NCBI RefSeq assembly: GCF_006345805.1 | Contig: NC_043000.1 | Location: 2,046,001-2,110,000, forward strand | From: Octopus sinensis | Lineage: Eukaryota | Reading direction: 5' to 3' | Length of the DNA stretch: 64,000 nucleotides | Shown here: in pieces, positions 13,325-23,607 of the stretch | How positions within the stretch are numbered: the first letter of the stretch is position 1 | Layout of the letters: each line of letters begins with the position of its first letter | Position numbers and translations under genes: made by a program | Notes under the pieces: model-generated | Told to the model about the DNA's origin: nothing | Seen by the model: the letters and a program-made list of their open reading frames with translations, nothing else | The model's database searches: none

Positions 13325-13705
13325 TATCTTTTACATGTTTCAGTCATTAGACTGTGGCCATGCTGGGGCACTGCCTTAAGGAATTTTCAGGTGAATGAAT
13401 CAACACAAGTACTTATTTTTTGTTAAGCTTGGTACTTATTCTATTGGTCTCTTTTGCTGAACCACTGACTTACTGGGGATGTAAACACACCAACACTGGT
13501 TGTCAAGTGGTACTGGAGGACACAGACACACACACACACACAACAGGCTTCTTTCAGTTTTTATCAACCAACTGCACTCACAAGGCTTTGGTCAGCTTGA
13601 AGCTATAGTAGAAACACTTGCCCAAGGTGCCATGCAGTGGGACTGAACTGAGAACCATGTGGTTGGGAAGTAAGCCTTTTACCACACAGCCACACCTGCA
13701 CCAAT
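13325..13705 (-). mobile_element. Older diverged SINE B copy
   Basis: Collinear similarity to the young B copies. Confidence 0.75.
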
Positions 13706-14169
13706 GATATAAATATAAGTCATTGGAATCTCGAATAAAATGCATTGTGATATTGATCCTGGCTCCTTGCATTCTGATTTCAAATCCTGCCAAGGTCAAC
13801 TTAGTCCTTCATCTATCAGGGCTTCATTGGAAAAAAAGAAAAAAAAAAGAATCAATTCTAGAATAGTGGATTGGTGGAATTGTTGGAGTGTCCACCAAGG
13901 ATGCCTTGTGGTATTTGTTACATCTGTTTGCATCATGAATTCAAATCCCATAGTAGCTTATTGGGTTGCTAGATTTATTCTGTTATCTGGTTTAATATTT
14001 ACAAACTGGCTTTTGAATGTTTTGTTGAGGAGTTTACTCTCGTGCAAGTATTCAGGACTGGTCCCTGGTTTGAGAATTCCTTCTTGCTTTCTCCTCACCA
14101 GTTTTAAATGTCCTGAAAAGGGCCATGAGCACTGTTTTCTTTCCTAATTGATAAAAAAACAGTCCACTT

Positions 14170-14487
14170 GGGCATGGCTGTGTGATTAAGAAGCTCGCTT
14201 TGCAACTCCGTGGTTTCAGGTTCAGTCCCACTGCACAGCACCTTGGGCAAGTGTCTTCTACTATAGTTCCAACCAATGTTTGTGAGTGAATTTGGTGGAT
14301 GGTGGCATGTAAAAGCACCCACTACACTCTCAGAGTGGTTGGCGTTAGGAAGGGCATCCAGCTGTAGAAACTCTGCCAGATCAGATTGGAGCCTGGCGCA
14401 GCCATCTGGTTCGCCAGTCCTCAGTCAAATCATCCAACCCATGCTAGCATGGAAAGCGGACGTTAAACGAAGATGATGATGATGATG
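14170..14487 (+). mobile_element. Chimeric retroposon: SINE B tRNA head joined to the family C (RTE 3'UTR) tail ending in (GAT)n
   Basis: B sequence runs to ...TTTGGTGGATGG, then TGGCATGTAAAAGCACCC...TTAAACGAAGATGATGATG. Confidence 0.8.
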
Positions 14488-14824
14488 AAACTGTGAAACC
14501 CTACCTTATATACATATTTGTGTGTATATGTCTTTGTGTTAATGTTTATCTCCCCACCACTTGACAATCAATGTTGGTTTGTTTACATCCCTGTAACTTA
14601 ACAGTTTAGCACAAGAGACCAACAAAATAAGTACCAGACTTAAAAATAAAAATAAATTTTGTGGTTGATTAGTTCAACTAAATCCTTCAAGTTGGTGCCC
14701 CAGCATGGCTACAGTCCTGTGACTGAAACAAGTGAAAGATAAAAGTTAGAGATATTGTTCTCCATCCACTAGTCAGCTGACTACTATTTTAGGATGATAT
14801 TACACTGGCATTTAAGATATAGAG

Positions 14825-15290
14825 AATACCAAACGAGTTCCCTATGGATACCGTATTTATTACAACGAGTGGCTTGTAAACGTATCTAACTCGCTTTCGC
14901 TCGTTAGATACGTTTACAAGCCACGAGTTGTAATAAATACGGTATCCATAGGGAATGAGTTTGGTATTTTATTTATTACACACGAATAAACGACCATATT
15001 TTATTAACCCAATAACTAAATTCTTCACGTTTAGTTGTAACTTATGAATGACAAAAGTAGTGCCGTCACCGTGACCTCGGGTCATCACCATGGATTGACC
15101 AATCAGAAGCAGCGCTGTCACCGTGACCTCGGGTCATCACCATGGATTGACCAATCAGAAGCAGCGCTGTCACCATGACCTCGGGTCATCACCATGGATT
15201 GACCAATCAGAAGCAGCGCTCGCAGTATCTGACATATGTTAGATACCAAAAATATCTCAAAGTGTTCTCCCTCACATGTGTGTAATAAAA
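14825..15290. mobile_element. Unclassified palindromic non-autonomous element: 66-bp inverted arms, 3x52-bp tandem, 12-bp inverted repeats
   Basis: Arms 14825-14890 and 14903-14968; TTTATTACACAC 14972-14983 versus GTGTGTAATAAA 15278-15289. Mobile origin is inferred. Confidence 0.6.
15065..15220. repeat. Three tandem copies of a 52-bp unit GTCACCGTGACCTCGGGTCATCACCATGGATTGACCAATCAGAAGCAGCGCT
   Basis: Copies start at 15065, 15117 and 15169; one substitution in copy 3. Confidence 0.97.
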
Positions 15291-15351
15291 AAGCTTACCA
15301 ATGTTTTGGTGGCCATCATGTTTGTTAAGTTGTTAGTACATTTGTGTTTAG

Positions 15352-15675
15352 GCGAAGTTGTGTGGCTAAGTGGTTGGGGTATGTGGCTCATTATCATAAG
15401 GTCATGAGTTCAAAAACCAGCGGTGCATTGTGTCCATGAGCAAAATGCTTTATTTCACATTGCTCCACTCCACTCAGCTGGTAAGAATGAGTAGTACCTG
15501 TAATTCAAAGGGCCAACCTTGTCACATTCTTTGTCACACTGAATTTTCCTGAGGACAATGTTAAGGGCACATGTGTCTGTGGAGTGCTCAGCCACTTGCA
15601 CATCAATTTCATGAGCAGGCTGTTCTGTTGATTGGATCAATTGGAACCCTTGTCATCATAACTGATAGGTTGTCA
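15352..15675 (+). mobile_element. Diverged tRNA-headed SINE sharing its 3' domain with the family D copy at 38.3 kb
   Basis: GTGTCTGTGGAGTGCTCAGCCACTTGCAC... domain is shared with 38343-38530; the head differs. Confidence 0.7.
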
Positions 15676-15691
15676 GCATTGCAGTGTTTGA

Positions 15692-16030
15692 CCCTTTAAT
15701 ATTCAAACTGGCCATATCAGGCCCAAATATTCAACTTATTTTATGTTCAAATTGACCTCTCACACCTACCCTATGATGCTTTCTACTTTAGGGACAAGGC
15801 CTCAAATTAGTGGGGAGGGGACTAGTTGATCACGTCGACCCCAGTGTTTCACTGGCGCTTATTTTATCGACCCCGAAAGGATGAAAGGCCACCTACCCTA
15901 TAAAGTGATTCTAAAAATATACAATAACATCATCAAAGTCTCAAAGCTACAAGATAATGCATGATTAATTCAAAACAATATCAATAATGAAGCATTACAT
16001 TTGAGAGAGAGTAATATGAATGTTAAAGGG
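15692..16030. mobile_element. MITE with CCCTTTA(G/A)CATTCA-type TIRs and a TTAA flank (piggyBac-like), carrying an internal SINE fragment
   Basis: CCCTTTAATATTCA ... TGAATGTTAAAGGG followed by TTAA; homologous to 37603-37828. Confidence 0.6.
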
Positions 16031-16261
16031 TTAAGTTTTCAGTTCATTGATGTTTAATTTGTCAATACATTCGTGTTTAAACATAAACATGCATCACGGC
16101 ACTGATAACATAATGTTTAGGTAGATTGTCAGTACACTTCTCATGGAAGTTGACTCCAAATCGAGAACAAATTTCCCCCCTAGGCTGTGCGAGATAACAT
16201 TGCACATGTCGGCTCTGAGACAGTGCACTGTCCTGTGTCCCACATAAATTCACAAACATCA

Positions 16262-16457
16262 TGCTGGTGGCACGTAAAAAATACCCACTACACTCTCGGA
16301 GTGGTTGGTGTTAGGAAGGGCATCCAGCTGTAGAAACTGCCAGATCAAGATTGGAGCCTGGTGCAGCCATCTGGTTCGCCAGACCTCAGTCAAATCGTCC
16401 AACCCATTCTAGCATGGAAAGTGGACGTTAAATGACGACGATGATGATGATGATGAT
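16262..16457 (+). mobile_element. Family C: 5'-truncated RTE LINE 3'UTR with (GAT)n tail
   Basis: GGTTGG(C/T)GTTAGGAAGGGCATCCAGCTGTAGAAA...CATGGAAAG(C/T)GGACGTTAAA(C/T)GA(T/C)GATG; about 17 copies in the window. Confidence 0.85.
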
Positions 16458-16919
16458 GTCATGTGGGCCTGACCACTAGGCTTGAACATGCCCACTGGGT
16501 TACAGAAAAAAGTGAAGTGACAGTACACTAGTGTCTAAATTGTTAGCACACTAGTGGTTACATTGTAAGCACTTTGTTGTCACAGTTATTAGTTCACTAG
16601 TGTTTAGGTTATCAACATGTGTTTAGATTCTCAATTGACCTGTGTTTAAGTAGGCAACTTTAAATGTTTAAGAAGCCAGTACATTTGTGTTTAGGCCAAC
16701 AGGACTGGTCTCTAGTTTATTGGCATGCTAATGTTTAGGCTGTCGAGACACAATATTTAGGTTATCAGTTGACCAGTGTTTAAGTAGTTATAATATTAGC
16801 ATTCAATTTGTTGGCATGGTAACATTTAGGCTGTCATCTAACATCTCAGATGCAAGAGATAAAAAAAAATGAATGTACAACGGCTAGAAAAAAGATCCAA
16901 GAAGATTTAAAAGAAAATC

Positions 16920-17029
16920 TTTATTCATATATATATATTTTTTTTGTCAGATGAAGAAATAGTTTGATACATGTATTTAGTTACATAGATTGCTTTTTAT
17001 GGGACATTACAAACAAAACACATTTTATT
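16920..17029 (-). terminator. Candidate polyadenylation signals of the LRRN-like gene
   Basis: AATAAA on the minus strand at 17024-17029 and 16920-16925, with a T-rich tract downstream at ~16860-16870. Usage is not proven. Confidence 0.45.
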
Positions 17030-17133
17030 ATTGCCTTGATTTATAGCTTTGCATTGAAGGTTTTGGAAAATTTGGTGCGTTCTTTAGAAAATTTCACATG
17101 GAGTTTTATGAACTTTGGGAAATTTTGAAATGG

Positions 17134-19287
17134 TCAAGCTTGAGAATGTGAGATGAGAGATGTCCTTGATGAACAGATTGGTGTACTGGGAGGATGGTAG
17201 AGGTTTTCCAGAGGAATATGGGACAGAGGCTCCATTCTGTCATGACCGAATGGTTCTTCATATTCTTTTCTTTTCCGGAAGCGCTTGGCAACTGCAATGA
17301 AGCAGATGACTGTAAGTGTGACGCTAATTGCCACAATAATTCCCATCACCACCTTGACATCTACAATCTTGGTAATTCCAGATTTGTCTCCTTCAAGTTT
17401 TGTCGTTACATTTATACAATGAAGTTTTAGCAGTTCTGAGTTGATTTGGTATAAAATACACAACTCATACATGGTGTGTGGCTTCAATCCCGTTATTGTG
17501 CAACGATGCATGCGTGATTTCAGGTAAATAACATTGTATTCACTGTCTTTGACACTTTCCTTGTAGTGGATTTGATATTTGTCCAGTAGCATGAGTGACT
17601 CACTTCCATTGAGAATAATTGTGATGTACGTATTGGAAGTCTTGCCAGTTATAATGTTTAGCCGACCTGATAAGACTTCGACTGACGCAGATCTTGTGTC
17701 ATTACCCTTGATATTTTCCGCAACACATTTGTAACTCCCTGAATTGTTGAGACGTGCAAATCGGACGTAGTATAGACCATTATTGATTTCAGTTTGTTTT
17801 TCCGGATTAGTTTGGTTCTTTTTGGCTCCTTTGCCCACTAACCAATGGATTTGTGGCAGGGGTACACCAATGGCTAAACATTCTAGTGAAATTGGTTCCC
17901 CTATAGAAGTTTCAAAGTGTTTTGGAAATGAAGGAAGTGTTGTCGGAGGACAGGATTCTGGGATTTCATTCACACGGATCTTACTCAGCAGCGTTTTGTT
18001 GTTTGAGAAATCACAGATGATTTTGTTAGCATCATGGAACTCTATTCTGCTTTTGTTACCAGTGCTAGCTAGTTCCTTTAAGATCCAGTGGATATTACAG
18101 TCACACCTCAGTGGGTTGTGATACAAGTGAATGTTAGTGCAATTTGGAAGGCTTGCTTTTAGCGTGTAAGGTAGTGCCCACAACTTGTTATTGTGCAGAT
18201 AGAGTTTCTGGAGATTCGGCACCTGGCTGAAGGCAGTTGGATGGATGAAGAGCAAATTTTTATTATCATGCATTTGCAGGATAGTCAGTTTTGGCAGGTG
18301 GTGGAATGAATTGTTTTGAATACTTTTCAGAAGGGGTAAAAAACTTAGTGATATCTCACTTATGTTGAGATGGTGAAATTCCTCTGACTTTACCGTTTCA
18401 AAAGAGTTTGCGTCTAATATCAAAATATCCAGGCTGGGCAAAGGCCTTACCTCCTGTGAAGGGATATTAGTAAGTCGGTTATTGGACAGATTTAACACAC
18501 ACAGTTTACTCAACCCTCGGAAAGCATTTACTTCTATCACTCTGATTTGGTTGCCAGTTAAATTAAGGGTTGAAAGAAGTGGCAACTCCCTGAATACATC
18601 ATCGGTCAGCTTTCTCAGATCATTCTTCGATAAAAGGAGCTCACTAACAGATTTGATTCTCTGAAACCAGTCAGGGTTCACTGATGTTAATCCGTTACCT
18701 TCTAAATTTAAGACTTGAAGATTATTCAATCCTCCAAATGCATCTTTTCCAATTGAATGCAGCCGGTTATAAGACAAGTCTAATACCCTAAGGTTTTTCA
18801 GTCCTGTGAAAGCACCATCCTGCAAAGTTTTTAATAAATTATTATGTAAATTTAATACTTCAAGTAATCCATAAAGGAAGAACTGCCAGTGACTCTTAAA
18901 TTTACTAATCTGGCTGGAGGAGAGATCAAGAATTTTCAGATTTTTCAGGTGAGGTAATTCTTGGACAATTTTAAATTTGTTTTTGGACAATAGAAAAGCT
19001 TCTGCTAAGTTATTGGAGATATTTGGCATTGAAACCAAATTGCTGTTACTGCAGTTAATTGTTTTTAGATTCTTATAGTTGGCATAAGAAACCACATCAC
19101 ATGTGCAGTTTGTTGCACAATGTGTTGTCCATGGATTTCTTAGTGGATTATCTCGGATTGGCTGCGGATTGGGTGCCAGCACTTGGTTGCTGGTAATGTT
19201 GTCTCTATTGCTCTTAATTCCATGGACAGAATTGATAATGGTAATGAGTGAGAGCACACCTAACAGACTGTATACAGGTGACCTCAT
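17134..19287 (-). CDS. LRRN1: Leucine-rich repeat neuronal protein-like (LRRN/NLRR) type I membrane protein, 717 aa, single coding exon
   Basis: Signal peptide; LRRNT (CATNCTC); about 12 LxxLxLxxNxL repeats; LRRCT (NPLRCDCNIHW); Ig I-set (LECLAIGVPLPQIHW...SGSYKCVAEN); FN3 (TITGLKPHTMYELC); TM (VVMGIIVAISVTLTVICFIAVA); KRFRKRK stop-transfer. Tail IPLENLYHPP resembles vertebrate LRRN IPLNELYPP (from memory). In-frame TGA just upstream of the ATG. The symbol denotes family only, not 1:1 orthology. Confidence 0.93.
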   Translation of the reverse strand: MRSPVYSLLGVLSLITIINSVHGIKSNRDNITSNQVLAPNPQPIRDNPLRNPWTTHCATNCTCDVVSYANYKNLKTINCSNSNLVSMPNISNNLAEAFLLSKNKFKIVQELPHLKNLKILDLSSSQISKFKSHWQFFLYGLLEVLNLHNNLLKTLQDGAFTGLKNLRVLDLSYNRLHSIGKDAFGGLNNLQVLNLEGNGLTSVNPDWFQRIKSVSELLLSKNDLRKLTDDVFRELPLLSTLNLTGNQIRVIEVNAFRGLSKLCVLNLSNNRLTNIPSQEVRPLPSLDILILDANSFETVKSEEFHHLNISEISLSFLPLLKSIQNNSFHHLPKLTILQMHDNKNLLFIHPTAFSQVPNLQKLYLHNNKLWALPYTLKASLPNCTNIHLYHNPLRCDCNIHWILKELASTGNKSRIEFHDANKIICDFSNNKTLLSKIRVNEIPESCPPTTLPSFPKHFETSIGEPISLECLAIGVPLPQIHWLVGKGAKKNQTNPEKQTEINNGLYYVRFARLNNSGSYKCVAENIKGNDTRSASVEVLSGRLNIITGKTSNTYITIILNGSESLMLLDKYQIHYKESVKDSEYNVIYLKSRMHRCTITGLKPHTMYELCILYQINSELLKLHCINVTTKLEGDKSGITKIVDVKVVMGIIVAISVTLTVICFIAVAKRFRKRKEYEEPFGHDRMEPLSHIPLENLYHPPSTPICSSRTSLISHSQA

Positions 19288-19429
19288 TCTTCATTCTATG
19301 CTGACTTGAATTGAATGATAAAACCATAAATCGGACAGTGTTGCATGCTGCTATTCTTTGGATTACTGCTTCACACCAGGCGAGAGATTTTCTCTTGTGC
19401 AGCCATCATCTCTTGTAACCATAGAATAT

Positions 19430-19460
19430 CTGAAATAAACACAAATAATAGAAATCAGTA
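19430..19460 (-). promoter_or_regulatory. Splice acceptor of the LRRN-like coding exon; the exon would start at 19429
   Basis: Minus strand TACTGATTTCTATTATTTGTGTTTATTTCAG|ATATTC gives a branch-like CTGAT, a pyrimidine tract and AG. Confidence 0.65.
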
Positions 19461-19856
19461 AAGAAATATAGATTTACACTGATATAAATATTTAATACCC
19501 TGTACACTATACACCCTGTATACAACATACACTTAACTGAATCTTTCAAACAACATTCATATAATCCAATACTCTTTTCTAGTAACTGTATCCAAGACTT
19601 GAGTTATCCAATATATTGAATATATATTTTTCAGTGAAGAGAGATTTGGCTGTTATATTTAGCAAGTTGAGCAACGCGTTTGCAAAAAAAACATATCCCA
19701 TAAGGCAACATAAAACACAAACCCAATAACACAGTAAAAGCCAACCTGATAGAAACCAGAGATAACTTCAAACACTACACCAATACCACATAACCGAATG
19801 AAACACATGTACACATGTGGAGAAAATAAATAAAATAATGATAATGAAACAAACCC

Positions 19857-20227
19857 AGGTGTGGCTGTGTGGTAAGAAGCTTGCTTACCAACCACATGGT
19901 TCCGGGTTCAGTCCCACTGTGTGGTACCTTTGGCAAGTGTTTCCTACTATAGCCTTGGGCTAACCAAAGCCTTGTGAGTGGATTTGGCAGACAGAAACTG
20001 AAAGAAGCCCATTGTATGTATGTATGTATAATATATATATATATATATATATAGTAGGCGCAGGAGTGGCTGTGTGGTAAGTAGCTTGCTTACCAACCAC
20101 ATGGTTCTGGGTTCAGTCCCACTGTGTGGCACCTTGGGCAAGTGTCTTCTCCTATAGCCTCGGGCCGACCAATGCCTTGTGAGTGGATTTGGTAGATGGA
20201 AACTGAAAGAAGCCTGTTGTAAATATG

Positions 20228-20267
<40 letters not shown>

Positions 20268-20448
20268 TGTGTCTGTGTTTGTCTCCCCAACATTGCTTGA
20301 CAACTGATGCTGGTGTGTTTATGTCCTCATAACTTAGTGGTTCGGCAAAAGAGACCGATGGAATAAGGGGTCGATTTGCTCGACTAAAGGTGGTGCTCCA
20401 GCATGGCCGCAGTCAAATGACTGAAACAACTAAAAGAGTAAAAGAGAG
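19857..20448 (+). mobile_element. SINE B 5' half followed by a full SINE B copy
   Basis: Two tandem heads at 19857 and ~20059; tail AAAAGAGTAAAAGAG. Confidence 0.88.
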
Positions 20449-20449
20449 T

Positions 20450-21235
20450 AACAGAGACAATGATACATACAACATAGCCTAACTAGTACCGTAACACTGT
20501 ACATACTAACAGCATGATCTAATTTTGACTGTGACATGGGTACATACTGACAACGTGACCTAACATTGTGACACAATTACATTCTGACATGATGTAACAA
20601 GGGGACAATGGTACATATTGACAACATAATGTAACATAGAGATAATAGTATATTCTTGCAACACAGCCTGACTGACACAGAAAGGCTGTACATATGACAG
20701 TATGACCTAACATTGTGACATGGGTACATCATCATCATCATTTAGCGTCCGTTTTCCATGCTAGCATGGGTTGGACGGTTTAACTGGGGTCTGTGAAGCC
20801 AGAAGGCTGCATCAGGCCCAGTCTAATCTGGCAGTGTTTCTACAGCTGGATGCCCTTCCTAACGCCAACCACTCCGTGAGTGTAGTGGGTGCTTTTTACG
20901 TGCCACCTGCACAGGTGCCAGACAGAGCTGGCAAACGGCCACGAACGGATGGTGCTTTTACGTGCCACCGGAACGGGGGCCAGGCGAGGCTGGCAACGGA
21001 CATGAACGGATGGTGCGAGGCTGGCAATGGACACGAGCGGATGGTGCAAGGCTGGCAACGGACACGAACGGATGGTGTTTTTACGTGCATACTGACATTA
21101 TCTAACATGGCGACACATACATACTAACATAAGACTAACAGTGATACATACTAGCAGCATTACCTTAGTGACACTGGTACATATGACAGTTGGATATCTA
21201 ACACAATATAGATAGCATATGGCTCACACTATTAA
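20450..21235. repeat. Degenerate ACATTGTGACATGGGTACATACTGAC-like minisatellite interrupted by a minus-strand family C copy (~20728-21090)
   Basis: Recurring GACCTAACATTGTGACA words on both sides of the C copy. Confidence 0.55.
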
Positions 21236-21244
21236 TGAGATTTA

Positions 21245-21628
21245 CTCTTTTACTTGTTTCAGTCATTTGACTGCGGCCATGCTGGAGCACCGCTTTTAGT
21301 CGAGCAAATCGACCCCAGGACTTATTCTTTGGAGGCCTAGTACTTATTCTATCAGTCTCTTTTGCCGAACCGCTAAGTTACGGAGACATAAACACACCAC
21401 CATCGGTTGACAAGCGATGTTGGGGGGACAAACACATAAACATATACACACACACACATATATATATATGATGGGCTTCTTTCAGTTTCCGTCTACCAAA
21501 TCCACTCACAAGGCTTTGGTCGGCCTGAGGCTCTAATAGAAGGCACTTGCACAAGGTGCCACGCAGTGGGACTGAACTCAGAACTATGTGATTGGTAAGC
21601 AAGCTACTTACCACACAGCCACTCCTCT
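21245..21628 (-). mobile_element. SINE B
   Basis: Full-length match to the other copies. Confidence 0.9.
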
Positions 21629-21966
21629 GCCTATATTCGCACTATTAATATGATTCTCGACATATTGAAAATAGGACATCCAACATACTGAAAGTAGGAC
21701 TACCAACACCTTGTAAATAATACATTCAGTAGACAACCAGTGAAAGAATGGTACATGCTAGAAAGCCTTGCTTCATTATGTGTGATGGTCATAGTTTAAT
21801 TTCTACAGACAGTACCTCATTTTTAAGGTCCTTTTCAGATTTTATATAGATTTAAAGGAAGGCTCCTTGAAGATGAATTAATACATGTTATTGCCAGAAA
21901 TGTAATATTGATAATTAAATAAAAAACAAAAACACTCAGATTTCAACAGTAATTTATTCCTAGACC

Positions 21967-22015
<49 letters not shown>

Positions 22016-22016
<1 letters not shown>

Positions 22017-22226
22017 TCTCTTTTACTCTTTTACTTGTTTCAGTCATTTGACTGCACCCATGCTGGAGCACTGCCTTGAGTTGAGCAAATCGACCCCAAG
22101 ACTTATTTTTTGTAAACCTAGTGCTTATTCAACTGGTCTCTTTTGCCAAACTGCTAAGTTATGGGGACGTAAACACACCACCATCGGTTGTCAAGCGATG
22201 TTGGGGGCACAAATACAGACACACAA

Positions 22227-22267
<41 letters not shown>

Positions 22268-22420
22268 TATATACATATATATGACAAGCTTCTTTCAGTT
22301 TCTGTCTACCAAATCCACTCATGGCTTTGCTTGGCCCGAGGCTATAGTAGAAGACACTTGCCCAAGAACCTGGAACTATGTGGTTGGTAAGCAAGCTACT
22401 TACCACACAGCCACTCCTGC
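22016..22420 (-). mobile_element. SINE B adjacent to a (TA)n tract
   Basis: Family match. Confidence 0.88.
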
Positions 22421-22537
22421 GCCTATATATTAATATATGTTAATATATATATTATATCAGAGAAAAAATTAAAACCAAGGCAGAACGAGTATCTCAAGTC
22501 ATTTAGAGTAATTTAATTAGGGTAAGGTGAATTTGAA

Positions 22538-22614
22538 GTCTTACAGCTATTTTCTGGGATAACCTAAGTTGTTGGTTAGCATGTCCATGAACTGGATATT
22601 CTGTCATCAGGGAC
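22538..22614 (-). ncRNA. Decayed type I hammerhead ribozyme motif (Penelope-like element type)
   Basis: GTCC-CTGATGA-[stem II remnant]-GAAA-ATAGCTGT-A-AGAC on the minus strand. Confidence 0.5.
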
Positions 22615-22974
22615 AAGGTGTGAATATTTTAGATTGGAAGAATTTACAGTTTACAAGGAATGAAATTCATAGTTTATAAGAAATAAAATAAAAGAATAAA
22701 GTAGTAAAATAGAAGAATAAAGAGTAAAAGTAGTTAGAAGAATATAGGCAGGAGAATAATGTTCACAACTCATCTTTTTCCAGAGGATATGGATGTTGGT
22801 CAGTACTTCCATGAAGGTACTGGTTTTTAGTTAAAATCCCAGGTAAATCCAGGCAATATTTTGGCAGTGTTCTGAATGATGTATTTATATTGTAAATGTG
22901 AATATAGAGCGAGAAAATATGTTCTGTGCTTTAGAGTGTGCTTCTTTTTCAGATATATGATACACTGAAAAAGC

Positions 22975-23210
22975 ATCATCCGATCGTGGCCGTTTGCCAG
23001 CCTCGTCCGGCACCTGTGCAGGTGGCACGTAAAAAGCACCCACTACACTCACGGAGTGGTTGGCGTTAGGAAGGGCATCCAGCTGTAGAAACATTGCTAG
23101 ATCAGACTGGGCCTGGTGCAGCCTTCTGGCTTCCCAGACCCCAGTTGAACAGTCCAACCCAGGCTAGCATTGGAAAGCGGACGCTAAACGACGACGATGA
23201 TGATGATGAT
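22975..23210 (+). mobile_element. Family C (RTE 3'UTR)
   Basis: Family match with (GAT)n tail. Confidence 0.85.
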
Positions 23211-23221
23211 ATATATATATA

Positions 23222-23607
23222 TACTAGCAGTATCGCCCGGCGTTGCTCAGGTTTGTAAGGGAAATAACTATAAAGCATTTTTAGAGAGTTTAGCCAAAAA
23301 ATAGCAAAAAAATGGAAAAAAAATGATGGTAAATTTTTTTGAGAGTTAAAAAAGGTGGAGTTGCGTCCCCTAGACGGTCTGTGGTTTGGGTTTCTGATTC
23401 TCGACCCCATGTCGAATTTATCGATTTTTTTCAGAACTGGGGGAACTTTTCAAAATTTTCGCTGCGTTAGTTTTGAATTATGACATTGGGCTATGTGTGT
23501 GTCAAGTTTCATCAGAATCGGTTGAAAGCCGTGGTCAGAGTGAGGGTACAAGCAAACAGACACGCAGAAACACGCACAGACAAACTGCCGTTTATATATA
23601 GAGAGAT
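23222..23607 (+). mobile_element. Non-autonomous Helitron-like element
   Basis: Starts TACTAGCAGTATCGCCCGGCGTTGCTC, contains AAGTTTCATCAGAATCGGTTG, ends ACAGACAAACTGCCGTTTATATATAGAGAGAT. These end motifs are typical of invertebrate non-autonomous Helitron families (recognition from memory). Confidence 0.65.

Noticed and set aside
16262-21090. Inverted family C copies flanking the LRRN-like exon as a circRNA driver
   Set aside because: The exon appears terminal (no splice donor, and poly(A) signals precede the 16.3-kb copy), so back-splicing is unsupported.
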